This document shows, one piece after another, positions 37,401 to 50,662 of a stretch of 64,000 nt of DNA. The notes below the pieces were generated by a model. The model had not been told where the DNA came from and made no database searches. It was given only the letters and a program-made list of their open reading frames with translations. Every line of letters begins with the position of its first letter. Position 1 is the first letter of the stretch. Source of the stretch: Phoronis australis. Lineage: Eukaryota; Animalia; Phoronida. The DNA lies in NCBI GenBank assembly GCA_002633005.1, contig NMRA01000190.1, positions 434,001 to 498,000 on the forward strand, read 5' to 3'. Made by a program: the position numbers and the translations under genes.

Positions 37401-39581
37401 TAAAAAATGACAGGCTTGCAATGTCAATTCGACAGAATCAATGTTTCTAAAATCATAATCAATTATTCCAGTCAGTAGTCTTAAAATAGCTAATGGCAGC
37501 CGTTTATAACCACAAGTCATTAGGAATCAAATAAGATGCAAATTGGACAGATTTTAATCTGCCTCCGCCAGTATTTTAACTCCAGAGGAGGCAGCATGAT
37601 ACAGAGAGGAACGTGAAAATATTATAGCCGCAATAAACCATGATTTCGTATCAAAACTTTCTTCACAGGAGTATTTTTTTCTTTCAAAGCAACATGAGCG
37701 TGTCCTTATCATTTGTTGAATTAAAATTGGTTGTTTTAAAGCCTGCAATTCCCCCTAACAGTCATACCGCTTTTGAAGATGAAACCAATCTGCTGTGACA
37801 AACATACTTCACGAGCCTTATCTAAAGCAATAATGAACAAATGAGACCACTTTTTATAGCGCCAGTGTCCTGAATCAAACATTGCTTTCTGACAGAAGGC
37901 AAAGGATCTATCGCACCTGGGACAAACATATGCATGGCTCAGGCAATACTGAAATGATGCAACAATCAAGGTCCAGGTTAAAATTAAATGGTTTATAAAC
38001 AGTAATTAATTAACAAGTACAAGCAGCACGTATCAGGTAACAATGCTGTGATGACTAGAATTTAATTTTGTCTTATTTTTCAACAAAAGTAACACTGAAG
38101 AACAGTTGGTACAATTTTGAGAATTTGCAGCAATGTATTAAATCTCTAAAACATAGAAAATGGCAATTTTAGCAGTAACTTTTGTGCCAAATTAAAAGAA
38201 AAGAATAATTCCAGGAAATCTGGAAAGTTTAAATTTGATGATTTCTTGAGTGTGTCTTGTGTGTAAGCAATAATGAGAGAACGGTATGCAGGGAATATAG
38301 GGTTCCTATCAACAAGACTATAAATCTACAAAAGTACGTCAAAATTCGTTTTTCTTTCTTACGGCTGTGCAGAACACAAAAATGTTTGATGGATGTACAA
38401 AAACAGGAATATTCAGAGATCTCTAAATGTTCGCCCTGTGCCTGCCTTCCCAGATTAGTGCAATGTTCTGGCTGACACAATAATCCTCAGGGTTCAAAAC
38501 ATTATAAAACAGACAGGTATAGGATTCACATACCTGAACAGAACAATGAAGAAAGTGTTTATGTTAACAGAGGAAATTTAACACCTGAAAACTCTTAATA
38601 ACTACATGTAAATATTGGTCGCCTGACTAAACATACAGCCTGCACACTCAATCCCTTGCAAACAGGCATAAGGGATTTAAACAAAACCTGCCTTGATCTA
38701 CAAGCAGAAATATAAACATGTTTTTATACACACTACACCTGGCTGAGTGTTTGGAATAGGATGGAATATACTGCCCACTATCCAGGCACCACTTTGTCTA
38801 ACAGACCAAAAATAGAAATTCCACGATTAAGAATAGACATCACTGGAGACACAAGTAGCATGTCGATTTCATTTAGATCCTCTTTCAGGAATATAAGAGC
38901 GTTCAAATACCTAAATTCTTACAAATCAAGTCTTTTGAAATCACAAACCTTACAAACTATATTAAGACAAGATGAGACAGAAAAGTTGTGTTCCTCAAGC
39001 ACCAGATAGCTAAGATGATTGTGGTCTTTTGTTTACACAACTTAAGTCCTCCTTTTCGCTGAAACGTATTCTATGCTCTAAGCTGCAGTCTGAGGCAGTT
39101 CAGGTAGGGGTAGACCGCGTTTACACCAGATAAACTTAAAATAGCTAGCGGGCTTAAATGCATTTCCTCTTCCATGAACAAGGAACAGTTGCACCTGCTC
39201 AACTTAACCAAGGCACAACTGACCGCATGACTTAAACAACTGGTGCACACATAGAAAGTCATCCATTTCTAGCATTTTGCCAAGGTATACACGGCAAAGA
39301 TTTCCTTGTTGCCCAAGTACCTTACAGCTTTATACTATGGATGACTGCTTGTAGATTCAATCGAGTGGCAAACAGGAGAGGCAAACACGCTAGCGTTTAA
39401 TCAGACAGACGTGCTGTCCACAAAGAGGCCATATTAGTCAGGAGTTTGTTTTCATCATACCCAACAGCTTCTGAAGATGGAATTGGAGTAAAAACATATT
39501 CAACTTCTACAATAACCTCATTAAGAAAACCATAAGCAAAAGCACTCTTTCCTGTACGAAAATATTTCTTATAAAGTAAGT

Positions 39582-39928
39582 GGCTCTTCACCACCCCACC
39601 CCGCTCTTCACCACCTCACCCTGCTCTTCACCACCCCACCCCGCTCTTCACCACCNNNNNNNNNNNNNNNNNNNNNNNNNNNNNNNNNNNNNNNNNNNNN
39701 NNNNNNNNNNNNNNNNNNNNNNNNNNNNNNNNNNNNNNNNNNNNNNNNNNNNNNNNNNNNNNNNNNNNNNNNNNNNNNNNNNNNNNNNNNNNNNNNNNNN
39801 NNNNNNNNNNNNNNNNNNNNNNNNNNNNNNNNNNNNNNNNNNNNNNNNNNNNNNNNNNNNNNNNNNNNNNNNNNNNNNNNNNNNNNNNNNNNNNNNNNNN
39901 NNNCATCACCACCCCACCCCTCTCTTCA
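39582..39928. repeat. 20 bp C-rich minisatellite (ccgctcttcaccaccccacc) interrupted by a 248 N assembly gap (39656-39903)
   Basis: The same unit appears on both sides of the gap. Confidence 0.9.
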
Positions 39929-40169
39929 CAGGGCTTGGGCATGACAAAAAAGAGGAAAAATTTTCAGGTGATGTATCATTTCACAAATAAGCTTGTGTGA
40001 TGGAAATATTTTTTGTGTTGTAAAATGTAACTGAAATGAACATTTTTACACGAATAAAGTCAAAATAATGATAAAAAGCGAGGAAAAAAGAGGAAACTGG
40101 AAATCAAATAAGAGGAAATCAAAACCAAAAAGACGAAATCTTCCAAAACGAGGAAAATTCCAAGCCCTG
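39929..40169 (+). mobile_element. 241 bp MITE with 10 bp TIRs (cagggcttgg / ccaagccctg), hAT-like termini
   Basis: Perfect TIRs, ctcttca repeated on both flanks, and a second copy at 14381. Confidence 0.8.
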
Positions 40170-40660
40170 CTCTTCACCACACCACGATGCTCTTAACCAC
40201 TCCCGCATGCGATGCAACCTCACCAGTCAGCTACATTATCGAAGTAAAATGGATCACACATTAATGACTCTCGACCAATCTTGACTTGCTGGTGTTTTCT
40301 AAGGAAAATATCACGGATCGGTTTAAACTCATCAATAACACAGGAAGATGATACGAGTCAGTACACAATTAACAAGCATCAACACAGTTATTGAAATGAT
40401 TTTGATTCTATTGTAAACTAAACTCATGGTCAGATATTTTCGATTCATTACTTTTACTGACAATCGTCAGTATTGACATCTTAAGGTTGAAAAGAAAAGA
40501 GATAATCAAAATGAGGACGAGAGCATAAGTCAGAAATGAGTGAAAAATTGGCAGAAGTCACAGTTTCCCCTGTAATACAGATCCAGTGCAATGTCTAGAG
40601 AGTTGTACCATTTACGTCAGTACAACAGAAAACAACAACAAAAGCAACGCCCAGAGCACC

Positions 40661-40888
40661 ATGCTTGATGGTGTCATTAGTCACATTTACAGGGGAGGTA
40701 ATTGTCATGGAGCATGAAATGCTTGATGGTGTCATTAGCCACATTTACAGGGGAGGTAATTGTCATGGAGCATGAAATGCTTGATGGTGTCATTAGCCAC
40801 ATTTACAGGGGAGGTAATTGTCATGGACCATGAAATGCTTGATGGTGTCATTAGCCACATTTACAGGGGAGATAATTGGCATGAAGCA
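40661..40888. repeat. 58 bp tandem repeat, ~4 copies
   Basis: atgcttgatggtgtcattag starts at 40661, 40719, 40777 and 40835. Confidence 0.93.
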
Positions 40889-40929
40889 ACTAACACGGGA
40901 CAGCTGACCGGGTTTAAGTGCGTAAGTAA

Positions 40930-41255
40930 ACATGACTGATACGGAGCAAGTTGATACCGCAGCAGCCATTTTTGACACCTGTTTGAGAGGTAGAGAAAGT
41001 TGCACACAATCAGTTGCTACAGTTTTAATTACACGTCTAAACACAAACTAGAGCAAGGCGAAAGAGATCATCTCTGTTACGCTTGCGTAATAACGTAGAT
41101 ACGGGTGATTAGCTAGCATTCCACGCAGTTTGGACGTTTGCTATTGTTCATGCAAGCATGCAGTCATCTGTAAATGACTCATGCTGATCCAGTGTGAGAT
41201 CTAATGTTATGTAAATGCAATAAAAGTGGAGCAAGTTGCGCCGTGGCAACTCGTG
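40930..41255. repeat. Dispersed ~300 bp repeat, copy 1
   Basis: Collinear similarity with 50340-50662: gccatttttgacacc, gatcatctctgttac, cattccac, ggagcaagt, tggcaac. Confidence 0.75.
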
Positions 41256-41717
41256 CTGTGACCACTGTGCTACGTGTATACACACAGACCAGCACATATA
41301 ACAGCCTTCACATGCCATTCCACATGTGAAGCTAAGTAATCAGAGAGCTGCCTTCTCATCATCCAAACCTCAAGTCAAACGGTAGATCAGTTTGCTTCCA
41401 GAATTGAATACCGCAGTATTCAAGTCCCCACTGTGTAATCTGGGGTGAAAAGATAACTAAACACGACTTTATTGTAATTACGATTGTAATTATGACTCAG
41501 GCTTCGCTCGTGTTCAACCACAGTACGGTCATTCTACACTTAATTGGAACAAAATAAATTGCCAAAATTATCATTTTAACATTGTTCATAGGTCGATTAC
41601 TGAGCTGGAAACAATGGACACTTTACCACATGTTGTTTTATGTCATCTACACCGTGCAACCACGCTGATAATAGACTAAGATGTTTCTTAACTTTAACTT
41701 ATGTGTAGAAATTAAAC

Positions 41718-43457
41718 ACAAGAGTAACGCAGAGCATTGAAATGCGCCCACAAATGCATTGCAAATGGTGTGCTTTTAGGGTTATTTATTTGCATGATAA
41801 AAAAGGCCACTAGATGGCGCAAAAACATACAATCCATCCAAAAACAGGAACATGCCATATTTCATAAAAATCTGTCAAGGGACGTCAGAGAAACAAAGGA
41901 AAACAGAATAAAATGAAATTGCCACTAGTGGGCACAGAGTCCATTGGATCCGCCTGAAAGTCGTCGTCGTCTGTTGTTATCTTCATATTAATACACTTAC
42001 TAAATTTAATAAAGATCCTGCAGTGGGTTTAGGATATATAACTATGGGCGCAAAACAAAACTACCACTAGGAGGCGCAAAACAGTAGTCAGTCACCATCA
42101 TCAAAGGTCGTCTTCACACTGAGAACATATATGCCAATTTTCAAATGATTTGGTTGATACAGGGGTGTACACCAAAAACAAGATTTGAAAACAGCAAAAA
42201 TGGCCACTAGGTGGTGCAAAATACCTCGATTCCATCCAAAAACAGAAAGATAGCGTCATCACACCAATAGATGCCTATATTTAAAATTTTATGAAAATCT
42301 GTTGAGGTCCTTTGAAGATACTGAGTTAAACGTAAAAAACTAAAATTGCCACTATGGGGCACAGCAGTAGTCAAATCTGTCCGAAAGTCATCATCATCCA
42401 TAGTCAACATCATATAAATACACTTGCTAAATTAAGTAAAGATCCTGCGAACGGTTCAGGAGAAACAGTCATAGGCGCAACAAAAACAAAACTGCCACTA
42501 GGAGGCGCCACAGTAGTCAAAATTGTCGGACAGTCATCGTCAACCGTCCTCTTTATAGTAAGCACATACATGCTAATTTTCACAATCATCCTTTGAGCGG
42601 TTTGGTTGATGGAGGGTTGGACGCAAAAAACAGACCCGAAAACAGTAAAAATGGCCACTAGGTGGTGCAAACTATATCGAATCCATCCGAAAACAAATAG
42701 GATAGCGTCACCTCACTAATAGGTGCCTACATATTAAATTTCATGAAAATCTATTCAGGACTTTTGAAGATACAAAGGTAAACGTAAAAAAATAAAATTA
42801 CCACTAGGGGGCACAGCAGTAGTCAGATCTGTCTGAAAGTCGTCGTCATCCGTAGTCAACATCATAAAAAATACACTTGCTAAATTAAATAAAGATCCTG
42901 TGAACGGTTCAGGAGATACAGCCATAGGCGCAAAAAAAACACAACTGCCACTAGGAGGCGCCACAGTAGTCGAAATCGTTGGAAAATCATCGTCAACCGT
43001 CCTCTTCATAGTAAGCACACATGCCAATTTTCACAATCATCCTTTGAGTGGTTTGGTTGATAGAGGGGTGGACGCAAAGAAAACAGACTCGAAAACAGTA
43101 CAAATGGCTACTAGGTGGCGCAAACTACATGGAATCCAACCAAAAACGGGAGGATAGCGTCATCTCACTAATAGGTGCCTACATACCAAATATCATAAAA
43201 TCCGTTCAGGACTTTTGAAGATACAAAAGTAAACGTAAAAAAATAAAATTGCCACTAGGGGGCACACCGATAGACGGATCCGTCCAAAAGTTCGCTCATG
43301 CTGTCCCATTCATGAATGGAACATATCTGCCAAATTTCATGAACGTATGTCAAAGGGTTTTGGAGACAGAGCAGCGGACGCCGGACGGACGCCGTCCGGA
43401 AGGACGGACGGAGATGACGGCATAATGCCTCCACATATAAATATGTGGGCACATAAA
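41718..43457 (-). mobile_element. Helentron-associated (HINE/DINE-1-like) element with an internal higher-order tandem array
   Basis: Subterminal inverted repeats atgcgcccaca (41742) / tgtgggcacat (43444), a terminal stem-loop ccacatat..atatgtgg, a (GTCC)n-type microsatellite at ~43375-43412, A/T-run flanks, and internal ~150 bp monomers. Confidence 0.75.
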
Positions 43458-46400
43458 AATGAAATTTCACTTGTCGGCCATATTGTGTGCTGAATAAAAG
43501 ATGAATTGCCACAATCGATATGTCCAATGAGAAACAATTGGTTTTAAGTCACAAGACCCATGAAGAAGTTTTACGCTCTTGATTTTATTCTTACATTTTA
43601 GCGCTCGTAAAATACAAACGTAAGACTGAATGATTTGTTAACAAGGCTATGTTAAGGACCCTAAAAATGGCCAAATCTCGCAACCTTCTCCAGAACATCA
43701 TTATTCAGAAATCGTAGATTGGATTAATATGAAACGTTCGGATGCTGTTTTATGCATTGTTCTACAAAAAAACCCTGGGAATGAAAAATGTCACTATATT
43801 GTGAGCCATTCAATCTTACGTTCTTAATTTAAAAGTGAAAAATACAAGTGTAAAATTATGAGGGTAAGCGTTTAACTTCTTCAGACCTCACGGCACCTAC
43901 GAAACCAATTTCTCATTGGATTAACAAATTCTTTCCTCCTCCCAATGCCTCATGATAAAAAATACTGACTTTCATACTGTCATACGCAGGGGTATCACAA
44001 GGTCAAACAACGAAGTCTGATGCCATCCAGCAAAATGACACACACTTTACAAACTCATTCCTAACTACAAGATAACTGTGTGTACATTTATTTGAAAGGT
44101 AGGCAATCTGTCGCCCAGTCTAACTGTGCCACAAGATTGATGCTACTTCTCAACACACTACTTGTCTACTAATTTATACCCATTGTATTTTAAACCACGG
44201 TACGGTAGCCAACTTTGGACTGCAGTACGAAATTTTCATATATTTGCCAAAAATACAATTAAAGTGGCTTTTCAGTTGAACGACTTACCGTTGTGAAATC
44301 GGTCACAATTTTGTTCCTTAGTCATATTAGAGGTCATTTCAGGTCTTCGAAAGAACTGACAATTTCCTTATTTCTTCAGAACAAAGTCATAAAACTTCAT
44401 GAGCCTCATCTAAAAAATATCAAATGGCCATTTGTTCCAGAACACAGAGATCACTTTTAAACTGAGTGAGGAACAGACAAGACCAATCTTCAAGTTTCAG
44501 CGAATTCCACCAAGCCGTTTTCGAGAGCTCATGTGCCTAAGTTCAAATAAAGTCAATTTGCTGAAGCCGAGAGAAAGCCGATTAAACTGGGACGAGTAAA
44601 AATCTCAAAGTCTTCGGTTAATCATTTGGTGAAAACTTGTTTTCGGTAAATATAACCTATACATGCCTTAACCATGCCAGCTATTTCAACGTTCACTTGC
44701 AATGTCAACTTAATTTGCAGTGCACAACTAACTTAATTATCATTAAAACGTACTGTCCCCAGCCACGAGGTTTGACCAACTGTTACTGTAGTTTGACCTA
44801 CTTAAATGTAGGTCACAGTTCATTGTTATTAATATAGTCTATACACATGAGGTGCCTGGAGAGTGATACCAAACCAAGTTAGAAATGGATAACAAAAATC
44901 AAGTCGGTGGTCCTTAGCTAAATGTCAATTTACTTATTGAATTAAGGAATTTGGGCGAGTCTTATCACAATTTGCTGTGTTCATGACCACAGAGACGCGA
45001 GGCGTCTCGTATAGCATTCATTCTCAATGGTCGTATGCATATAGACGCACAACTCCCTCAGGATCAAAACTACGTTGTGTCTTCGTTTTCCCCAGCTCTG
45101 TTCTATCATAAGTTCACCTCATTGAATCTATATTGGCGATTCGGTGAATGAAAGGACAGAGTGTACATACGAAGCTGCTCTGTACCTGGCGGGAGATTCG
45201 ATTTGACTGACTGCCCTGCAAGCTTTGACCTCAGGTAAGTAGTTAACAAATATCCACGCAGTTGGGCAGTTCCAAGATGGTTCTGCGAAACTTTTCTTTC
45301 TCGCTACACGATACATATATCTTGTATTTGAAGTTCCCTGAGCATGGAGATAAGGTATTTTGCTAGACCCGTGTGAAACGTTGTAAAAATGGCTCATTTT
45401 TGTGAATAAGATTTGAGATATCCTTAAAACACAAATTTAGTCTTACACTCCACATAAATATTTCTGAAAATAATTTTACTTTAGCAAAAGTCTGTCCCAT
45501 AAAGAGCAAGGGGTGTTGATGGACATTCAAAATATACTTAAGACCAGCAAAATAATGGAAAACTGGGACGTACACATCACAAAACACTACCGTAGACCAT
45601 AGCAGAGTAGGAAAAATACACTTCCGAGTTGCTGGCATGTTACTAGTCCCTAATCAACACCCCAACCCTGCTATAAGACTGTGGCAAGAAAGTGTCTTTT
45701 AAAAACATCAATTTCCTTATACTGACCATGCCATCATCAATAATTAACAGTCTAATTTAACTCAAGATTAGAATTCATTATGGTGCTTCAGGTAAACAAA
45801 TGTAATATTAATAGTTTAAAGTTGTCTCATACGAAAATAAATACACAATTCCCATTTTTCAATTTTCCACAGGTCAACTACATTTCTACAAATATCCAAA
45901 ATAATGTTATGATTTATGACACCAATACAGTACAGACCCTGTTGACAATAGAATACTAAACTTTATTTGATTGTCATATTTGTTGAAAATTTTGACCTGA
46001 ACGGAAACAAGCACAACAACTGACGATTACTGTTCATTACATCAGGTTACAAGCAGGAATTATTGTGCCCCAGCCTCAGTGTTGGAACTTTTTCATTGGC
46101 GCAATGCAATTCCCGTGGGCCAACTGGTTCGTCAAAATTGTATTGTTAAGGTAGCACTGTACAGTTCGACTGTAGTCATAGGCATGTTTTACTAAAGGAT
46201 AATGCAGTTTAAGTAAAATCACACAATTAAGCTTGACTCAGCCACAGCAAATTTGATGAGACTACCCAGAGCTTTCGATGGCAGCCTGCCACCTTGGTAA
46301 CTCTGAGTCGTGTGTCAGCCACAACATGGTACTAGCGGTCGACTTGCGACGATGAAGTTCACAGAAGCAGCTATATGTGCACCAAACATAGCGTAACTGC

Positions 46401-49400
46401 AATTACAGCCATCGCACAAGGACGTTTGTTGATGACGGAAGTTTTGGACATGTCTGGGATTTTTAACTTTGGAAAAATTATAGATTGAGCTCAAATGAAC
46501 TCTACGCTCCGGGTATTAAATTTGAGAGACTAGAAATCAGGCATACCTCAGTCACCAAATATGGGTATAAAAGTTATTTTTTTGCAATGTCAGGATTGGG
46601 CAAATGTGAGTGTTAATAAACTGAACATGTGTAGTAAGCATAGCATCAAGGTGTGGTTTCGTACAATAAATATTCACAGAGACAAAGCTACCATCAGTCC
46701 ATAAAATGGTAAGGGTTTGATGACCACTATTTACATGTGAAGCAAGGCTTAAATGAACATTTGTTACTATGTATAACCAGCAGTGTATCTCCCTAGTCAG
46801 TAATGCTAAACCAAATGTATTCTAATGCAAAACCACTATTGCAACTTAACTTCAATGTTTTATTAAATTCAGTCTTGGGTCGGAGTTACTAGTGCAACTG
46901 TGCAAGTCTTTTTGCAGGAAACAGGTGAATTTAACAAAATGGACTGATTCAGCTCAGTGGGAGAAACATTATTGGAACTCTTTAACTGACACAGGAGTTA
47001 TTTCACCTTCTTTAAACAAGTTCTAGTGACTCACTGTTCTTACAAGAAAACTATTATTAAACTTTGGGGTGTGCATCTGGAAAATGGGCAATAGTCACAA
47101 GGGCGCCAGATTTTGATAACCAGTCTAATGTCCGTGATGCCGGTTCTCAAAATGCAAGACCCACATAAATTTTAATATGAGCACAGCCTCAGAAATCGCT
47201 TTTACATTATATCCAGGTTCTCGTTCACTCCCTTGCATGCGTTCTCTAATATTAGACAGTGTTCAGAGGAGTAGGAGACACCTGTGTGCAATGCTCGATT
47301 GTCAGCCAGTAAAGCCGGGATTCAAATCCCAGCTGGTCTCCCAAATGGAAGACTGGAGCTAAAACCACAGAACCACACTGTCTCCTCTCTGTAAGTCCGT
47401 GACAATTACATGGAAAAGAGCACACCTTTATCATTCTAGAACCTATAGCAGGAGGCACATTTTCGGTAAGAGTGAGCCTAACGAAATGAATAATGAAAAA
47501 TAATATTGAGAAGGCAGAAAAATGTCAAAATGAACATGTTCTGATCCTAATCAAGTCTTCTTCTGTTTAACAGTCTCCAACTCTGTTCATTTGTGGAGAC
47601 AACGAACCATGGAAACTAATAATGAAGGTTCAAAATCATGGACAATGGGCGTATGTTATGCTGGGTATCAACACTGTACTTCCCAGTTGTTGTATAACAA
47701 TTTCAAAAAAAGAGTAGCAAAATTTACAGTTAGAGAAAGGTGCGAAAACAAACATTATCTCCATTTTGTATAAAGCTGTGGTCAATATGTCTTATAAAGT
47801 GAGCATGGAAAAGATTCTCCTAAAGATGGGGACAGCTGGAATGTGTCTCTCGCTTGCTGGCTTTCTTGTTTCTCGCAGCAGCCATGCCTCTCAGATGGGG
47901 CTCGAGTATATGTCAACATGTTGCCTCAAGCTCGTATTCATCAAAAAATGGTTTTCACTAAAATGCACAGAAAACTTCATTTCATTCTGGTGCGGTGACA
48001 GATTTACTTTTTATGAGAAATGCCAACGGTTCAGGTATTATAAAATATTTGGTTTCTCTATGTACATAACCAACTAAAAACTGTACCAACTGCAACTTGC
48101 ATTGTGCCAGGTAACTATTTTGTCATCCATTATGGTTCTGCATCTACCAAAATTCAAAGGTTCTCTTAAACAGGAAAGAACTGACTGTCATGGCATACCT
48201 TGTCACATTTGACTCACAGTGTCACCTTGGCCAATGTATATGCAAGAGTGTGCCATAATGTCGAACCCCCAACTGTGTTGAAAAGTAGTCCGCCTGGGGT
48301 TTATTGCAAACAGCAACACCTGGGATACCAGAGACTTCCTCCAACATTCGGTAGCCCCCTTACTCAAACTCTATTTAAGAATTCTGACATTCTGGCAAAT
48401 CTACCTCATCTACAGGAAGACTCCGTCGCCGAAGTTTGGATTTGCCATTGCTTTTACTTAGGCCTACACACACTATCGTGCAGACCAACACGTGTACAGT
48501 TTTGCCAAAGATAGACGTTTTTAGGGGGTAATATTATGTGCCAGGTGCAACAATATATGCTGTGGACGCGATGACGAGGGCATAATTATCATTGCACTTG
48601 GCAAATATCGTCACCGGGCAACAATGTATCGAGTGTGACAATATGTGTCACAACACCTCTTGCCAAGTAAAACATCCTTCGAGAGAGAATCCCTCACTAA
48701 CACAGCATTTAAAAGAGGCTCCTTGGGAATAAACACAACCTTCAGCAAAGAATCTTGTTCATTTTTAGGACTGAATTTCCGATAACACATCCTTTATGTG
48801 GGGGTCCTCGTTAACACAACCTTTAGAAGAGAATATCTCAATAACACAAACCCCAGAAAAACATCAATTAAAAATGAACAGCCACTCAGCCAGTAACACA
48901 TTCAGGAGAGAACCCTCGCCCCAAGTCTCTAGGAATTCAGTATGAGTAGCTCCACAGCTGAGCCAAGCTTCAGTTATCTTCGTTATCTCGTTGATCACGA
49001 CTAAACCCATTAGTGTACTAATTGCACAGGGATGTGGTAAACACTGGTGGACAAATCAATGATGAGCTCACCAGACTCGGCTCATCATATACACAGACAT
49101 GCATCAATGTGAATGGCTTTAAAATTACAGAGAACAACATAATAAAAGTCTATTACAAACTGTAAACAGAAGCGACTTGAAACCTAGTGCAGTACTGCCG
49201 CAGGCATAGTCAATCTCAGAATGGAGGAAATGGTGAAAGACGGCTTAAACTTTGATACCATCCTTAAGCCCTTAAGCGCTATTAAAATTTTAAATCTTAA
49301 ACATATTAATGGTGTGAAGAAAAGGTTCCACCACTGCAAACCTCATTTCTTCGTTCTGACTTAAGTAGTACGAACAATTAACACTTTCAACGTCAAACAC

Positions 49401-49928
49401 ACTTACCCATTCACTGGCAAACCCGTCGATCAGCGACTTGGAAACTTGTCGCTTCTTCACCAATTTAATACCAAATTTCGACAGGCTTACCAACGAAAGT
49501 CAACTTTGAGATTTTGTTTTCATTTTTCAAGAAATCTTTGCTACCAAGTTGATATTGACGCAATGGCTTATAAACTGTCCGATGTTGATGTTTAATTGAC
49601 TCAAACTCAAAAACATTCTAATTCGGGGCCCCAAGGTTTGTACTGTCAGACGCGAGACAATCCACCCACCAGAACGTCAGGGTTCATTGACCAATGACAC
49701 AACATGTTCTTTCACCTGAAATCTTCACGCACATAAGTACAGAAAGGTTTCATAACAATACATCAACAAGTAATAAATTAATAGCAATTTTATTTATTGC
49801 ACACTATTTCTTGTTCTCTCAAATGATACTGGGAAATGCACTCTAAAAAGCTGGGCAGTTAAAGGTAACAAATGTCAGATATTTTGAACCTCCGTTAACA
49901 CAAACTAAGTACAAGTAGACAACAAAAT

Positions 49929-50010
49929 ACACATACGCACACACGCACACACACACGCACACACACACGCGCACACGCACACACACACGCACATACACAC
50001 ACACACATAC
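49929..50010. repeat. (CA)n/(CG) compound microsatellite
   Basis: Directly visible. Confidence 0.9.
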
Positions 50011-50339
50011 ATGCAAAAATATCTTAGAAAGCAAAAGCTATATCTGAGACTCAACTTCCTAAATCAACCTAGACTAGCCTCGAATCAGAATTGACATAAA
50101 ACAGCAGCACTTGGCCACTGACCATGCTATTAGGCCTAGTCTTCCCAAAGTAAAAGACACTTTAGTCCACATTAATAGGACATTTCTTTTAATGCAGTAT
50201 CTAAACATGAAGATCAAGAAAAAGGCTCATTAACTCTGTGAACCTGGTCTCAAAATTTGATTGCCACACTTACACCAGAGACAGTTGTCACAGTGCAACT
50301 AACACAAAACAACTGATCAGACACAAGTGTGTGTGTAAA

Positions 50340-50662
50340 CAGGACTGACACATAGTGAGTTGACATCGCGGCGGCGGCCATTTTTGACACCATTTGAGGG
50401 GTAGAGCAAGTTATACTCGATCGGTTGCTCCAGTTTCAACAATACGTTTAAACAAAAACGGGATCATCTCTGTTACACATGCATAATAGCGTACAGTACA
50501 TACGAATGATTCGTGAACATTCCACACGGTTTCTATATTCTCTATTGTTTATTCATGCATAATGGACAGTCTTCCTGTGATACAGTAAGCGATTTAAAGT
50601 TGTGTAAATGTGACAAACATGGAGCAAGTAGGACTGTGACAAGTTGTACCATGGCAACAGCT
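50340..50662. repeat. Dispersed ~300 bp repeat, copy 2
   Basis: Similar to 40930-41255 in the same orientation. Confidence 0.75.

Noticed and set aside
39580-39990. ORFs spanning the N run
   Set aside because: Artefacts of the assembly gap.
42207-43157. Several mutually similar ORFs (KLPLGGATVV...)
   Set aside because: Translations of the non-coding tandem monomers; the frames are not maintained between units.
41800-43270. CRISPR-like appearance (conserved motif with regular spacers); also considered for 23200-23468
   Set aside because: The spacers are themselves repeated, the context is eukaryotic, and there are no cas genes.
44196-45373. CACGG...CCGTG as possible Chapaev/CACTA termini
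   Set aside because: The match is only 5 bp, with no convincing TIR extension or TSD.
47270-47345. B-box-like gggattcaaatccc
   Set aside because: Too degenerate to call as a tRNA or SINE with confidence.
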